A DNA stretch of 49,758 nucleotides from Candidatus Moraniibacteriota bacterium (GTDB lineage: Bacteria > Patescibacteriota > Minisyncoccia > Moranbacterales > UBA9337). A program made the translations under genes and the position numbers. The notes under the pieces are model-generated. The model searched no databases. It was not told where the DNA came from and saw nothing but the letters and a program-made list of their open reading frames with translations. Below are positions 20,553 to 30,417 of the stretch, in pieces. The stretch is from the NCBI GenBank assembly GCA_023229615.1, contig JALNYX010000003.1:1-49758 (forward strand), written 5' to 3'. Numbering within the stretch: position 1 is the first letter of the stretch; every line of letters starts with the position of its first letter.

Positions 20553-21998
20553 TTAAAATTGAAAATATATAAAATCAGTTTCTTCAAATACTCCGAATAA
20601 CAATATAACTGCCAGAATAATAATATAAACTGGATACCTGAAAAAAATCGATCTTTCTGAGAAAAATTTCCTGATTTTTATGTGCTCTTGCATCAGATGC
20701 ACCGATTCCATAAAAAAGATGGATAAAATAGCGACAATAAATTCAGCTTGTGAAAATCCCATATAAAATCTTTCGATGGATAATTCCGCTCCGGAAAAGA
20801 TATGCGAAATTATGTACCACGCGTCCGCCACATTGTCGGTTCTGAAAAATATCCATCCAAGTGCAACCAGATGAAAAGTGATAAAAATTTTCACAAAAGA
20901 ATGAACTTTGGGAATTTTCGACAAACCTATGATTTTGACAAAACTATTTCTAATATTTTCCGTAACTATTGAACCGACCAGATAGATTCCATGCAGACCG
21001 CCCCAAATCACAAAATTCCAATTGGCGCCGTGCCAAAGCCCGCTCACCAAAAAAACCACAAACAAATTGAAAAGCCACCTTGATTTCGCCACTCGATTTC
21101 CTCCCAGCGGAATATACAAATAATCGCGAAACCACGTCGAAAGAGATATGTGCCATCTTTTCCAAAACTCAGCAATGGACTTGGAAAAATACGGACGGCG
21201 GAAATTATCCATCAAATTATAACCCATTATTTGAGCCGATCCGATAGCGATGAGAGAATATCCGGCAAAATCACAATATATCTGAAATGAGAAAAAATAA
21301 GTCGCCAATAGCAACGGTAAGCCGGAATATTGCTCCGGATTGCCATATGCCTGCTCAACCGCCATTCCCAATCTGTCTGCAATCACCACTTTCAAAAAAA
21401 ATCCCCAAAGCATTATTTTCAATCCATCCGTAATTCGCTTGTAATCAAAGTCGAATTTTTTCCGAAATTGTGGCAAAAGATTGTCCGCTCTTTCAATCGG
21501 TCCGGCAACTAACTGAGGAAAGAAAGAAACATAGAGCGCGAAAATTCCAAAATGCCTCTCCGGTTTTATTCTTTCTCGGTAAACATCAATAGTATAGCTG
21601 AGCGATTGGAAAGTATAGAAAGATATTCCGACTGGGAGCAAGAGCTTGAGATGAATTGGATCAAACTGTAAGGAAAATTGATCAACAAACAAACGGAATG
21701 AATCGCTGAAAAAATTGAAGTATTTGAAAGTAAACAAAAGACCCAGGTTGAAAACAAAACTTGCAAACAAATATTTCTTTTTTTCATTCTTATCCTTTGC
21801 ATCCCCCATTTTAATGCCGGCATAATAATCAACTGCCGTAGACAGCAAAATCAAAACAGCATATTCCGGCTTCCAGCTCATATAAAAATAATAGCTGGCG
21901 ATCAGAAGCAAAATCCATCGGTACCTGTAAGGAATCCAAAAATACAACAGAATAACTGTCGGAAAAAATATCAAAAATTGAATAGAATTAAAAAGCAT
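20553..21998 (-). CDS. MBOAT family O-acyltransferase (AlgI/DltB/PatA-like)
   Basis: LPVGISFYTFQ, FFPQLVAGPIER, FWKRWHISLSTWFRDYLYIPLGG and SGLWHGA motifs. Confidence 0.95.
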   Translation of the reverse strand: MLFNSIQFLIFFPTVILLYFWIPYRYRWILLLIASYYFYMSWKPEYAVLILLSTAVDYYAGIKMGDAKDKNEKKKYLFASFVFNLGLLFTFKYFNFFSDSFRLFVDQFSLQFDPIHLKLLLPVGISFYTFQSLSYTIDVYRERIKPERHFGIFALYVSFFPQLVAGPIERADNLLPQFRKKFDFDYKRITDGLKIMLWGFFLKVVIADRLGMAVEQAYGNPEQYSGLPLLLATYFFSFQIYCDFAGYSLIAIGSAQIMGYNLMDNFRRPYFSKSIAEFWKRWHISLSTWFRDYLYIPLGGNRVAKSRWLFNLFVVFLVSGLWHGANWNFVIWGGLHGIYLVGSIVTENIRNSFVKIIGLSKIPKVHSFVKIFITFHLVALGWIFFRTDNVADAWYIISHIFSGAELSIERFYMGFSQAEFIVAILSIFFMESVHLMQEHIKIRKFFSERSIFFRYPVYIIILAVILLFGVFEETDFIYFQF

Positions 21999-22097
21999 AT
22001 TTCAACTTACGTTTTCGTTTAATTATTGCCTGCATTAATATTTATCGTCTTTTGCAATATCAATAATAACATCGAAAAACCAAGACTGCAATTCGGA

Positions 22098-24830
22098 CTA
22101 TCTCAAGCTGTCAAATCCTTCAACCAAAAGAGATCCTGCTTCTTTTGTGATTTTTCCCTTTCGAACTTTTCCCTCAATGTATACAATAATTTGATTGATA
22201 TACATATCCCCGTTCGCTTCCATCCTTTTTAACAGTTTTTTTCTGATTACATCCGGAACTCCTTTTTGAGTTTGAATTCTCTCTATCACGCGATGGTAAT
22301 GCTCCAAAACTTTCGTGCACTGAACCAATCTATCCGCAATTGATTTTTGCAAAATCATTTTTAAGCCAAAATAATGGTTGATGTTATCCCTGAGAGCAGC
22401 CGGGCTTGTTTCTGTTTGAAAAATAATTTCTTTTTCACTCTTATTTTGTGCCTCATCATTAGCAGAAATTTTAAGGCTATGTTTTCCAAGATGCATCAAT
22501 GACAAATCCAGACTGTTTTCATCAAACTGATTTTCATCAAGCAAAATTTTCTTTTGAATATTTTCTTGACTTGTTTGATTATCAGTAATCTCATATTTCA
22601 AATCAAGCATCTGATTGTTGAGATATTCCTTTTCTTCAGGGGAGCTGATTTGAATTACCGGCGGGATAGTATCAATATTTCCCATAACGATCTCTCCTTC
22701 GGCAAGATTCATTTCTATTTCCTTTTCTTCTCCATTTTTGGCAATTCCCTTCTTGGAGGAGGAAATCTCAGAAACTTCCCCCGTTTCACTATCCTCTTGA
22801 ATTTTCACCGCCTGAATTTCATATTCTCCATCGCCCGTCCCCTGAGTCAAAATTTTATATTCACCATCTTGAGGATTAGGGATTATTGCAAATTCCACTT
22901 CTTCTCCAATATTTTCCCCATCTCCATTTTCAATATGATAGTTGAAATATATTGCGCCATCTCCAGTTTCATTGGCAATACCACTGCCAATCTCTCTTTT
23001 AATTCCATCCTTATCAGTATAAGAAACCTGAATATCAATCGGAGAAAAAACCAAAATCATCAGCCTGCCATCTTCCGGATATGGCATTGACAGCACCTCT
23101 GATTTCTTTCCGGAAATATATTCATAGGCAAAAGAAGATGCTTTGTTTGGCAAATCACCGTGCGTATAATTAGTTTTTATTTCTTCATCCGCAGGAATGA
23201 ACGTTGCGGAAGTGATAGGAACAGTTTGATCTCCCTCTCCCGTTTCCAATCCATGATCTCCGGGGAAAATTGAATCATAATTTTCCGGATAACCGTCTGG
23301 CCAAAAAGGACTTTTGTTTTCTGGCGTATCTTCAACTCGAATTGCAGTAATAGTCGAATCGTCTTTGGTTTTTCCAAAAATATTTATCATTTCTATGTTT
23401 TCAAGCTTGGCAATATTTTCTGTCTTATTCAAGTTTTCCAAAAATTCATTGCGGGGATAGTTTTCGTGATACTCTTTCATCTCTCCGGTTTCAGCGTCCT
23501 TGAGATAATCATAAACAGGAAGAAGTTCTTGCACGGATTTCATCGGAAGATTTTGAACATAATCAAAAATATTATCAAATCCATTTTCATGAGCCTCTAG
23601 GCTAATAATTTTTTCATCTATAAAATCTCCAATTTTAACCCCTACTTCTCCGGCTTCCCACATCAAATAATCTTTTGGTGCCCCCTGGTTAGGAGTTCCC
23701 AATGTCAACAATTGATCGACATCTTCGTCATAATACGCTGATTCAATGTATTCTCTTGCCACCAAACCGCCCATTGAATGAGCCACAACATCCACCCTTG
23801 GCCAATTTGCTTCCTTCTTCACTTCAAATATTTTCTGCTTCAATAATTCTGCCGTATCAACATTGCTGGCGCGCCAATTATATGGAAATTCAAACAAATC
23901 CTTCCCTTTTTCATATCCATTGCCTTCAAATTCTTCTATCAATCCTTCATATGAATGTTTAATTGGATCAAGTTTTAATTTGCTAATATCAGTCCATCGC
24001 CATGATCCAAGTATTCCTGGAATAATAATTACCGGATCATGAAAATCTTCTTTCTTCGCCCAATTGGAAAAATCAATATCGCCTTTTATTTTCACGTAAT
24101 TCAACACCATATCCAGCACAACAATCTTTTCCGGACCATCTTCGCTTCCCCACCAATTATATTGAAAATTCTGTTTTGGTACCGCAGAAAAAACATCCAG
24201 CTCTGAATTATTTTGAAACTTTGACCGATTAACTCTAATATCAAAAGAAGAATGTCCGTCAACATTATTATTCGACATTCCGACCGCTACGATATTGTCG
24301 TGAAAATTGCAATTTTCCAAATCCAGAACTCCTCCTGAAACAATATGCACAGCTCCAAGATACATTTTTTCGGCGGCTGTAGCAGAATTATATATTATTT
24401 TCTCATTCTGACCGATCAATATCGGCGGACCGAAAGCATCTCCTCCATCGCGGATATCGACATTTCGCATTCTAATTTCCCCTCCCGTGCTTGTATTAAT
24501 TGAATATTTTGCTGGAGAAACTTCTCCTTTAATTTTAACTGGATTTTTAGCTGTTCCGTCAACATTCAATTTCCCGTACACATTTAATGTCATCCATTTT
24601 TTGAATGTCACGGTGGATCCTTTCCCAATCGTAAGCGTCACCCCTTCTTTAACCACTACGGGTTTTTCTATTAATATTTCCCCTGTCCAGGTAATATCAC
24701 TGCTTATTTCCTCAAATTCAACTCCTTGCGCATCAGAAATACTGCTTCTTGAAATTGCACTGAAATCAAAAGGAGAAAAAATTATCAAAAAAATCAAACC
24801 CAACAAAGACAACTTTTTAACATTCTTCAT
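22098..24830 (-). CDS. Secreted lipase/acyltransferase (LCAT/PGAP1-like alpha/beta hydrolase) with an N-terminal beta-helix-like region
   Basis: Signal peptide, PVIIIPGILGS, FPYNWR, AHSMGG nucleophile elbow, GTPNQGA, GDQTVP and a His near HGDL. Confidence 0.8.
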   Translation of the reverse strand: MKNVKKLSLLGLIFLIIFSPFDFSAISRSSISDAQGVEFEEISSDITWTGEILIEKPVVVKEGVTLTIGKGSTVTFKKWMTLNVYGKLNVDGTAKNPVKIKGEVSPAKYSINTSTGGEIRMRNVDIRDGGDAFGPPILIGQNEKIIYNSATAAEKMYLGAVHIVSGGVLDLENCNFHDNIVAVGMSNNNVDGHSSFDIRVNRSKFQNNSELDVFSAVPKQNFQYNWWGSEDGPEKIVVLDMVLNYVKIKGDIDFSNWAKKEDFHDPVIIIPGILGSWRWTDISKLKLDPIKHSYEGLIEEFEGNGYEKGKDLFEFPYNWRASNVDTAELLKQKIFEVKKEANWPRVDVVAHSMGGLVAREYIESAYYDEDVDQLLTLGTPNQGAPKDYLMWEAGEVGVKIGDFIDEKIISLEAHENGFDNIFDYVQNLPMKSVQELLPVYDYLKDAETGEMKEYHENYPRNEFLENLNKTENIAKLENIEMINIFGKTKDDSTITAIRVEDTPENKSPFWPDGYPENYDSIFPGDHGLETGEGDQTVPITSATFIPADEEIKTNYTHGDLPNKASSFAYEYISGKKSEVLSMPYPEDGRLMILVFSPIDIQVSYTDKDGIKREIGSGIANETGDGAIYFNYHIENGDGENIGEEVEFAIIPNPQDGEYKILTQGTGDGEYEIQAVKIQEDSETGEVSEISSSKKGIAKNGEEKEIEMNLAEGEIVMGNIDTIPPVIQISSPEEKEYLNNQMLDLKYEITDNQTSQENIQKKILLDENQFDENSLDLSLMHLGKHSLKISANDEAQNKSEKEIIFQTETSPAALRDNINHYFGLKMILQKSIADRLVQCTKVLEHYHRVIERIQTQKGVPDVIRKKLLKRMEANGDMYINQIIVYIEGKVRKGKITKEAGSLLVEGFDSLR

Positions 24831-24863
24831 CTTGATTTTTTTCCATTAATAATTAATTATCTA

Positions 24864-25151
24864 TCAATTTTTAGGTTTATTACTTTTAAAGTATTTAACT
24901 ATTAAAATAATATTTATAATTGGCCAAATTAAAACATTAAAAATAAAAACAGCATAAGATGATGTTCCTATAAAATAAAAATAAGACAATATATTAAGAA
25001 AAATAGATCCAATCAATAGACCTTTAAATTTATTTTTTTTATAAAAAATAAATACACTAACAAAAATAACAACCAATAATATTACTGCCACCCAATTAGC
25101 AATAAATTCTCCCAGCCCAATAGAATCAATCATAACGTTTTCACTTCCCAA
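24864..25151 (-). CDS. Small hypothetical membrane protein
   Basis: Three hydrophobic segments; co-oriented with and just upstream of the lipase gene. The start is uncertain. Confidence 0.55.
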   Translation of the reverse strand: MGSENVMIDSIGLGEFIANWVAVILLVVIFVSVFIFYKKNKFKGLLIGSIFLNILSYFYFIGTSSYAVFIFNVLIWPIINIILIVKYFKSNKPKN

Positions 25152-25430
25152 TCCCCACTCTCAATAAAAATATCTAAAGCGGAATTGGAATTTTTTTATT
25201 TTAATTTTTATCTGTTATTACTCCTTAAATTATACCACTATCCGCTTCATTTTTTCAACACTCAATCCATTTTGTCTTTTTTACCGCTGAAATATTCAGC
25301 ATCAAACCAACCGCAAAACCGGACATTTTCATTTCCTTTTGACACCGCACAACCTCCTCTTGCGCTATTTTTCAATAAATGCTATATTTAGATGTATAAA
25401 TTTATAAGCTCAATATTTAGATTTAACCAA

Positions 25431-25784
25431 ATGAATATCTTAACAAAAAAAATCATAGGAACTTCCGTTCTTTTTTCAATTCTCCTTGCTGGAACAGCCT
25501 TTTCCGCCACATCAGCAGAAGCGAAAAAAGAAATCATTGAAAAAATTGTTGCGAAAACATATAACGGAACAGTGATTGAATTCGGTAAAAATGAAATAAA
25601 AATCGAAACTTCTAGCGACAAATCCGTCACTATCAACATAACAGAAGAAACGGAATTCACCGAAGACGTGCTGGTTGGAGATGATGTTACAATAGCAACA
25701 GTGCAGACCGATGATAACAAAATTGCAGCCAAAACTGTCAGAGTAAAAAACAGACACCGCTACGGACATGGAAATGGAAATTAA
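25431..25784 (+). CDS. Small secreted OB-fold-like protein (DUF5666-like)
   Basis: Signal peptide ending AEA, then a GTV...ITEETEF...VGDDV...IAAKTV pattern. Confidence 0.6.
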   Translation: MNILTKKIIGTSVLFSILLAGTAFSATSAEAKKEIIEKIVAKTYNGTVIEFGKNEIKIETSSDKSVTINITEETEFTEDVLVGDDVTIATVQTDDNKIAAKTVRVKNRHRYGHGNGN

Positions 25785-25810
25785 AAAATAACACAACTTT
25801 GTATAACACA

Positions 25811-25837
25811 TAAAAAGCCCGGAAAATGGGCTTTTTA
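25811..25837. terminator. Bidirectional intrinsic terminator
   Basis: taaaaagccc-ggaaaat-gggcttttta between convergent genes. Confidence 0.8.
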
Positions 25838-25866
25838 TTTTGCGCTATCTGGAGAATTTATTCTCA

Positions 25867-27516
25867 CTATTTAATCTTAAAGACTGTCATCGACTCAGAA
25901 TCATATTCTTTTTCGAAATAATCCGACGAATAAAGAGCGGAAAATTTCTCCCAATCATCCGTCTTAGCAACAACGAAATGAGACACTCCGGCACTCTTCC
26001 AAAATTCCCGGTCATCCGGAATTATCTCCCCTGAAAGCAACAAAACATGTTCATCCCAAATACTTTTTTCCGCTTCCAACAAAAGTCGGTTATCCATATT
26101 TTTTCCAGTAATCATTGTTTCCAGAAAAAAGGCATTAGCCGGATTAGCAACCATCGCTCTGTCGGCGAAATTCAATTCACAATACATATGCCAAGGCAAA
26201 AAAAGCACTTCATTTGTTTTAATATCCGCCTGAAGAACCGCCTCTGCCTCATACCAGCCCCGAGGATAATCATATGGCGCTATCTGACCATATGCCCCAA
26301 AAAGCAACGTACCCGCCCAGAGAAATGGAATAACTGCAACTGAAGCAGATGAGAAAAATCGCAAATAATTCTCTTTCTGAATATGCGCTATTTTCCCCAA
26401 ATACAAAACAACATAGGATATTCCCAATGGTGTCAAAAAAGCATAACTAAAGGCAATTATACCGGAGATTTTCTCCGTATCGCGCAATCCGCGAAAAAAA
26501 GGCAGCGTAGCGAAAAGAAAATCAATAATTGGACGAGTAAACGAATCGCCATAGCCAACAGAAAGCAAAAGAGCTGGAACAAAAACAACAGCTACTGCCC
26601 TAGCCAAAACATTTCTTCGACGAATTTCCATCAACGCCCCAATAAAAGAAAAAAACATTACCGCTAAAGCAACCATCCACCACCAAGAAAAGAAATCCTT
26701 AAATTCCAAAAAATTACTACTCCAAAATCCATACAACGCCAGCACATTGAAATAGATTCCAAAATTCGGATCAGGCAAAGTGGAAAAAGCTTCAAAATCG
26801 CCAAGAGTAATATTGGAGAAAGTCTGGGAAGAATCAAAAAATCCTGCCAGCCAGAAACCATTGACCGCAAAAAATATTGCCACTAATATAGTCATTTTCA
26901 AAAAAACATTCCTCCATCCTCCCGACTCAAAATTTTCAACACTATCAACTTTTGACTTTTCAGATTTTATAGACTTAACAATCCCATAAACCAGCAAAAA
27001 CCCAGAGGCGATATATGCCCAATGGATACTGACAATCGGATAAACAGAAAAAACCAAAGCGAAAGCGACGAATCGCCGCCAAGTCCGAAGTTCGAAATAA
27101 CGATCAAGAAAAAACACGCTTACAGGGAAAAAACCATATCCCAACATCACTATCCAATGTCCAGCCATCAAGCGCTCACAAACATATAGATTGAGCATAT
27201 ACAGCAATCCCGCTCCTGTGGCAAGCGAACGACTCATATATCGCAAAGAAAGTCGATACATTGCAATCCCAGGCAAAAACAAAACCCCTGCCAAAACTAT
27301 TTTTTGCAAAACTTCCGCTGAAAAAAAATGATGCAACAAGAGCAACACCATTTGAAGTGGAAACCCTGAATCAATTCCTTTTCGCGCGATATCAGAAAAA
27401 TCCATTCCTGGACCCCAAACCATATCAATCAAAAACACAAAACCCGACCCAAAAAAAGGAGCTACGATCGCCGCAGTCAAACCGGAGAATATTAAAATAG
27501 GATAATACTTTTTCAT
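25867..27516 (-). CDS. Polytopic membrane protein, GT-C/AftD-like
   Basis: Many TM segments; AGLLYMLN...GHW and PFFRGLRDTEK resemble motifs in the 1044-aa protein at 32816-35950. Confidence 0.6.
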   Translation of the reverse strand: MKKYYPILIFSGLTAAIVAPFFGSGFVFLIDMVWGPGMDFSDIARKGIDSGFPLQMVLLLLHHFFSAEVLQKIVLAGVLFLPGIAMYRLSLRYMSRSLATGAGLLYMLNLYVCERLMAGHWIVMLGYGFFPVSVFFLDRYFELRTWRRFVAFALVFSVYPIVSIHWAYIASGFLLVYGIVKSIKSEKSKVDSVENFESGGWRNVFLKMTILVAIFFAVNGFWLAGFFDSSQTFSNITLGDFEAFSTLPDPNFGIYFNVLALYGFWSSNFLEFKDFFSWWWMVALAVMFFSFIGALMEIRRRNVLARAVAVVFVPALLLSVGYGDSFTRPIIDFLFATLPFFRGLRDTEKISGIIAFSYAFLTPLGISYVVLYLGKIAHIQKENYLRFFSSASVAVIPFLWAGTLLFGAYGQIAPYDYPRGWYEAEAVLQADIKTNEVLFLPWHMYCELNFADRAMVANPANAFFLETMITGKNMDNRLLLEAEKSIWDEHVLLLSGEIIPDDREFWKSAGVSHFVVAKTDDWEKFSALYSSDYFEKEYDSESMTVFKIK

Positions 27517-27926
27517 TTTTTCGACTTTCGATTTTCAATTTTAAACTCTATTATCTGCTTGACTACTCCGATAACTAAAAAGAAATATACCCAAACTGCC
27601 ACCTGTTCCGCCCAAGCCTCGCCGACCGGAAGAATGTTTCGATTAGCCAATGCCAGCAATATAGGAATAATCACCAATCCAACCAAAGCCGCTCCGATAG
27701 AAATTCGCGAATCCAAATTCCAAAAAACCAGCACGAAAAAAAACAGCCAGAAAAAAATTCCTTCCAAAGTAAAATTGGCAAAATAAAAAAGACCAAGAGC
27801 AATAATGAAAAAAAACGCTCCGCCCACTTTGTCCCGCCGGGTAGAATTTTTCACCGACAAAAAAAGTTTGCGAAAGAAATTCCCCGCATCTTCCGGCATA
27901 AAAATATAATCTTTCAATTTGAACAT
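27513..27926 (-). CDS. Hypothetical membrane protein
   Basis: Four TM segments; its stop overlaps the next start (ATGA coupling). Confidence 0.7.
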   Translation of the reverse strand: MFKLKDYIFMPEDAGNFFRKLFLSVKNSTRRDKVGGAFFFIIALGLFYFANFTLEGIFFWLFFFVLVFWNLDSRISIGAALVGLVIIPILLALANRNILPVGEAWAEQVAVWVYFFLVIGVVKQIIEFKIENRKSKK

Positions 27927-27997
27927 AAATTTATTTATAATTATAACTTACACAACCAACCTTACAACGCACGCCTCTTTATTATTGGATTATTAAA

Positions 27998-28033
27998 TGT
28001 GTCATTTAAATACGGCCGACGTAAGATGACACA
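27998..28033 (+). repeat. 36-bp symmetric site, copy 1 (arms A|B)
   Basis: TGTGTCAT TTAAATA CGGCCG ACGTAAG ATGACACA; abuts the stop codon of the PaaX/Cas2-like gene. Confidence 0.95.
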
Positions 28034-28594
28034 TTAAATCAATTTGGAGAAATGCTTTTTCAAGACCGCTTCATTATCAATCTTTGTTGCCGTAATCACT
28101 CGGACATATCGTTCAGCACCATAAAGCGCTGTCAATTCCAAAATGGATTTTTCGCAAGGGTACGGCGACACAAACACACTATGTTGCAATTTGCGAAATT
28201 TGAGATTATGCAAATGTTCGCGCAATATATCTCGAAAAAGCCGATCTTTTTCAGGAACATCAAAAAGCACCACTCGCCACTTGCTATCCCAACGTTTCGG
28301 TTTTTTAAACATTATAGATCCACCGAGAAAATCCAACTTCCTGGCTTGTATTTTTCCCCTTGCAGTAAGAACCAACTCAAAAGATCCATCAGGAAGCTCA
28401 TTTTCTTTGATTAGTTTTTCTCTGGAAAGGGTGCGAATTGAACGGTTAAAATTTCGCTGATCAATATTTTTCCACTCACGTCGCACTTGACGCAATGTTT
28501 TGAAGTATTGCCTGGGAGATGAAGCACAACCAAGCGCCACTCCGCCCATAAGCGTAAGAAGGATTTTTTGCTGTACTGATCCGAATTTATACAT
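28034..28594 (-). CDS. PaaX-family / Cas2-like protein (N-terminal wHTH plus Cas2-like ferredoxin fold)
   Basis: LTARG wing followed by WDSKWRVVLFDVPEKDR..RD.LR..L....F..LQHSVFVSP, the PaaX central/Cas2-like motif. Confidence 0.8.
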   Translation of the reverse strand: MYKFGSVQQKILLTLMGGVALGCASSPRQYFKTLRQVRREWKNIDQRNFNRSIRTLSREKLIKENELPDGSFELVLTARGKIQARKLDFLGGSIMFKKPKRWDSKWRVVLFDVPEKDRLFRDILREHLHNLKFRKLQHSVFVSPYPCEKSILELTALYGAERYVRVITATKIDNEAVLKKHFSKLI

Positions 28595-28602
28595 ATTAAC
28601 AA

Positions 28603-28713
28603 TGTATCATAATTCCACGACCGACGGAAGATGACACAAAAAACAGGGATTACATACTATACTATTGGATTAAAAAATGTGTCATTTAGATACGGCCGAC
28701 GGTAGATGACACA
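28603..28713 (+). repeat. 36-bp symmetric sites, copy 2 (28603-28638, arms C|B) and copy 3 (28678-28713, arms A|B)
   Basis: TGTATCAT AATTCCA CGACCG ACGGAAG ATGACACA and TGTGTCAT TTAGATA CGGCCG ACGGTAG ATGACACA, separated by 39 bp. Confidence 0.95.
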
Positions 28714-28741
28714 AATAGAAGATTCTGTGAAGACTTCTATT
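28714..28741. terminator. Hairpin/terminator candidate (near-duplicate at 32714-32741)
   Basis: aatagaag...cttctatt inverted repeat downstream of a minus-strand gene end. Confidence 0.5.
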
Positions 28742-28795
28742 TTAATTTTATCGCATCCTCCACTGCCCTTGCTAATTTCCTTGCCTTCCTTCTTT

Positions 28796-29011
28796 TCACA
28801 AAATTTTACCCTGTTTAATTTTTCTTTTATTTAACATGGCATAACCCAAATACCCAAGACAGCCAAACAATGTTGTTCCACTTATTAGCAAGCCTAAATA
28901 GAACCATCTTTGGGGGAAGAATTCGATGGTCATTTCTTCAATGTCATAACTACCGTCATCATTCAAAATACAGCCCGTACTTTCAACTCTATAACTTTCT
29001 ACTTTATACAC
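28796..29011 (-). pseudogene. Orphan C-terminal remnant of a paralog of the 1044-aa membrane protein
   Basis: CILNDDGSYDIEEMTIEFFPQRWFYLGLLISGTTLFGCLGYLGY matches the C-terminus of 32816..35950. Confidence 0.85.
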
Positions 29012-29014
29012 TTT

Positions 29015-30046
29015 TCAACTTTTTCTTTTATTTTTTCTTCCTTCCAAATATTTTTTCACTTCCCGATCAAAATCAGAAATATAATTTTTATCTTGCTCAA
29101 TCCTAAATTTTTCATACTCTCCCAACGCAAGCGCTTTTGCAACATCATGACTAATTTTCCCGGCGTTCATCAAAATTTCATATTCACTGAATTTGAGAAA
29201 TGCATTAAGTTTCTGAACCCAATCCTTCATAAACATGGCTCGACCACGTGCCGCTTGCATTTCAGCATAATCCAAATACATATTACCGATGCGGTTTAAA
29301 TGCATCAATTCTTTTTTATCCAAATAATTTTTAGCGATGATTGTATCACTCGGCATGATTTTTCCATTCGGCGATCTCTGCCATGAAGTTAATCCCATTT
29401 TTTCTTTTTCACTATTAGCCCGATCTGAAATGATTTCTGCTGCAGTTTTGCCAGTGATAGCAAAATGAAGCTTATTCTGTACGGTAGCAAAAAATTCTTT
29501 ACTCTCACGCGCTTTTGGAGAATAATCAATAGCGGTTACATAAATATCAGTGATTTTTTGATAAATTCTGCGCTCGCTGGTGCGAATATCCCTAATTTCC
29601 TCATAAAGATCATCAAAATATCTGGCGCTAAAACGAGACCCATATTTCATTCGGTTAGAATCCAACGCATAACCTTTGTGAATATAATTTTTTAAAACTC
29701 CGGTTGCCCATTGGCGAAATTCCGTACCTCGCTCGGAATTTACGCGATAGCCGACAGCGATAATCACTTCAAGGCTATAAAAAGCAAGTTTTCTGGAAAT
29801 TTCTCGTTTTCCTTCTTTTTGAACTGCCGAGAATTCCTCGGTAGTTGAATTTTTATCAAGCTCATTTTCTTTGTAGATATTTTTCAAATGAAGTGATATG
29901 TTATCACTTGTGCAATCAAAAAGCTCGGCCATTTTCTTTTGCGTAAGCCAAATATTTTCTTCTGCGTAAAGCACCTCAATATTCACCGAACCTTCGGATG
30001 ATTGATAAAATGCGATTTGATTGTCAGGTATTTTTTTTATTGCCAT
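29015..30046 (-). CDS. rhuM: Virulence RhuM family protein
   Basis: IWLTQKKMAELF, IIAVGYRVNSERGTEFRQWA, IRDIRTSERRIYQKITDIY and QNKLHFAITGKTAAE motifs. Confidence 0.92.
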   Translation of the reverse strand: MAIKKIPDNQIAFYQSSEGSVNIEVLYAEENIWLTQKKMAELFDCTSDNISLHLKNIYKENELDKNSTTEEFSAVQKEGKREISRKLAFYSLEVIIAVGYRVNSERGTEFRQWATGVLKNYIHKGYALDSNRMKYGSRFSARYFDDLYEEIRDIRTSERRIYQKITDIYVTAIDYSPKARESKEFFATVQNKLHFAITGKTAAEIISDRANSEKEKMGLTSWQRSPNGKIMPSDTIIAKNYLDKKELMHLNRIGNMYLDYAEMQAARGRAMFMKDWVQKLNAFLKFSEYEILMNAGKISHDVAKALALGEYEKFRIEQDKNYISDFDREVKKYLEGRKNKRKS

Positions 30047-30200
30047 ATATTTAAAAATGTTTACAACTATGCCTTAATTATATACAAACAATACATGAAT
30101 ATCAATTTGTTTTAATTACTTCTTTATTACACTAAATCCATGTCAGAATAGTTACCTACTAACATAAGGATTACCGCTCTCTAACACACTCCCCTTTAAA

Positions 30201-30343
30201 TTTTTTGTTTTCAATTTTGATTACACTGATATTATACCACTGGATGTTTTTGCGTCAAATATTTCGTGTTTTATTCGGTGGAGTCAGATTATTGTTGGAT
30301 TAAAAGATGTGTCATTTAGATACGGTCGACGGGAGATGACACA
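30201..30343. repeat. 143-bp direct repeat (30201-30343 vs 31955-32097) containing a promoter and a 36-bp site (copy 4, 30308-30343)
   Basis: Near-identical sequence at offset 1754, upstream of both rhuM-type ORFs. Confidence 0.9.
30231..30258 (-). promoter_or_regulatory. Sigma70-type promoter (second copy at 31985-32012)
   Basis: Minus strand TTGACG-16 bp-TATAAT with a TGn extended -10. Confidence 0.7.
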
Positions 30344-30382
30344 TTTTCCGAGGAAGTGTTAATGGGAGGGGGTTAATACAAA

Positions 30383-30411
30383 TTGTCATCTTAATAAAAA
30401 AATGCTAAAAT
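30383..30411 (+). promoter_or_regulatory. Sigma70-type promoter giving a leaderless zeta-toxin transcript
   Basis: TTGTCA-17 bp-TAAAAT with a TGn extension, 6 bp before ATG 30418. Confidence 0.6.
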
Positions 30412-30417
30412 GCAAGC

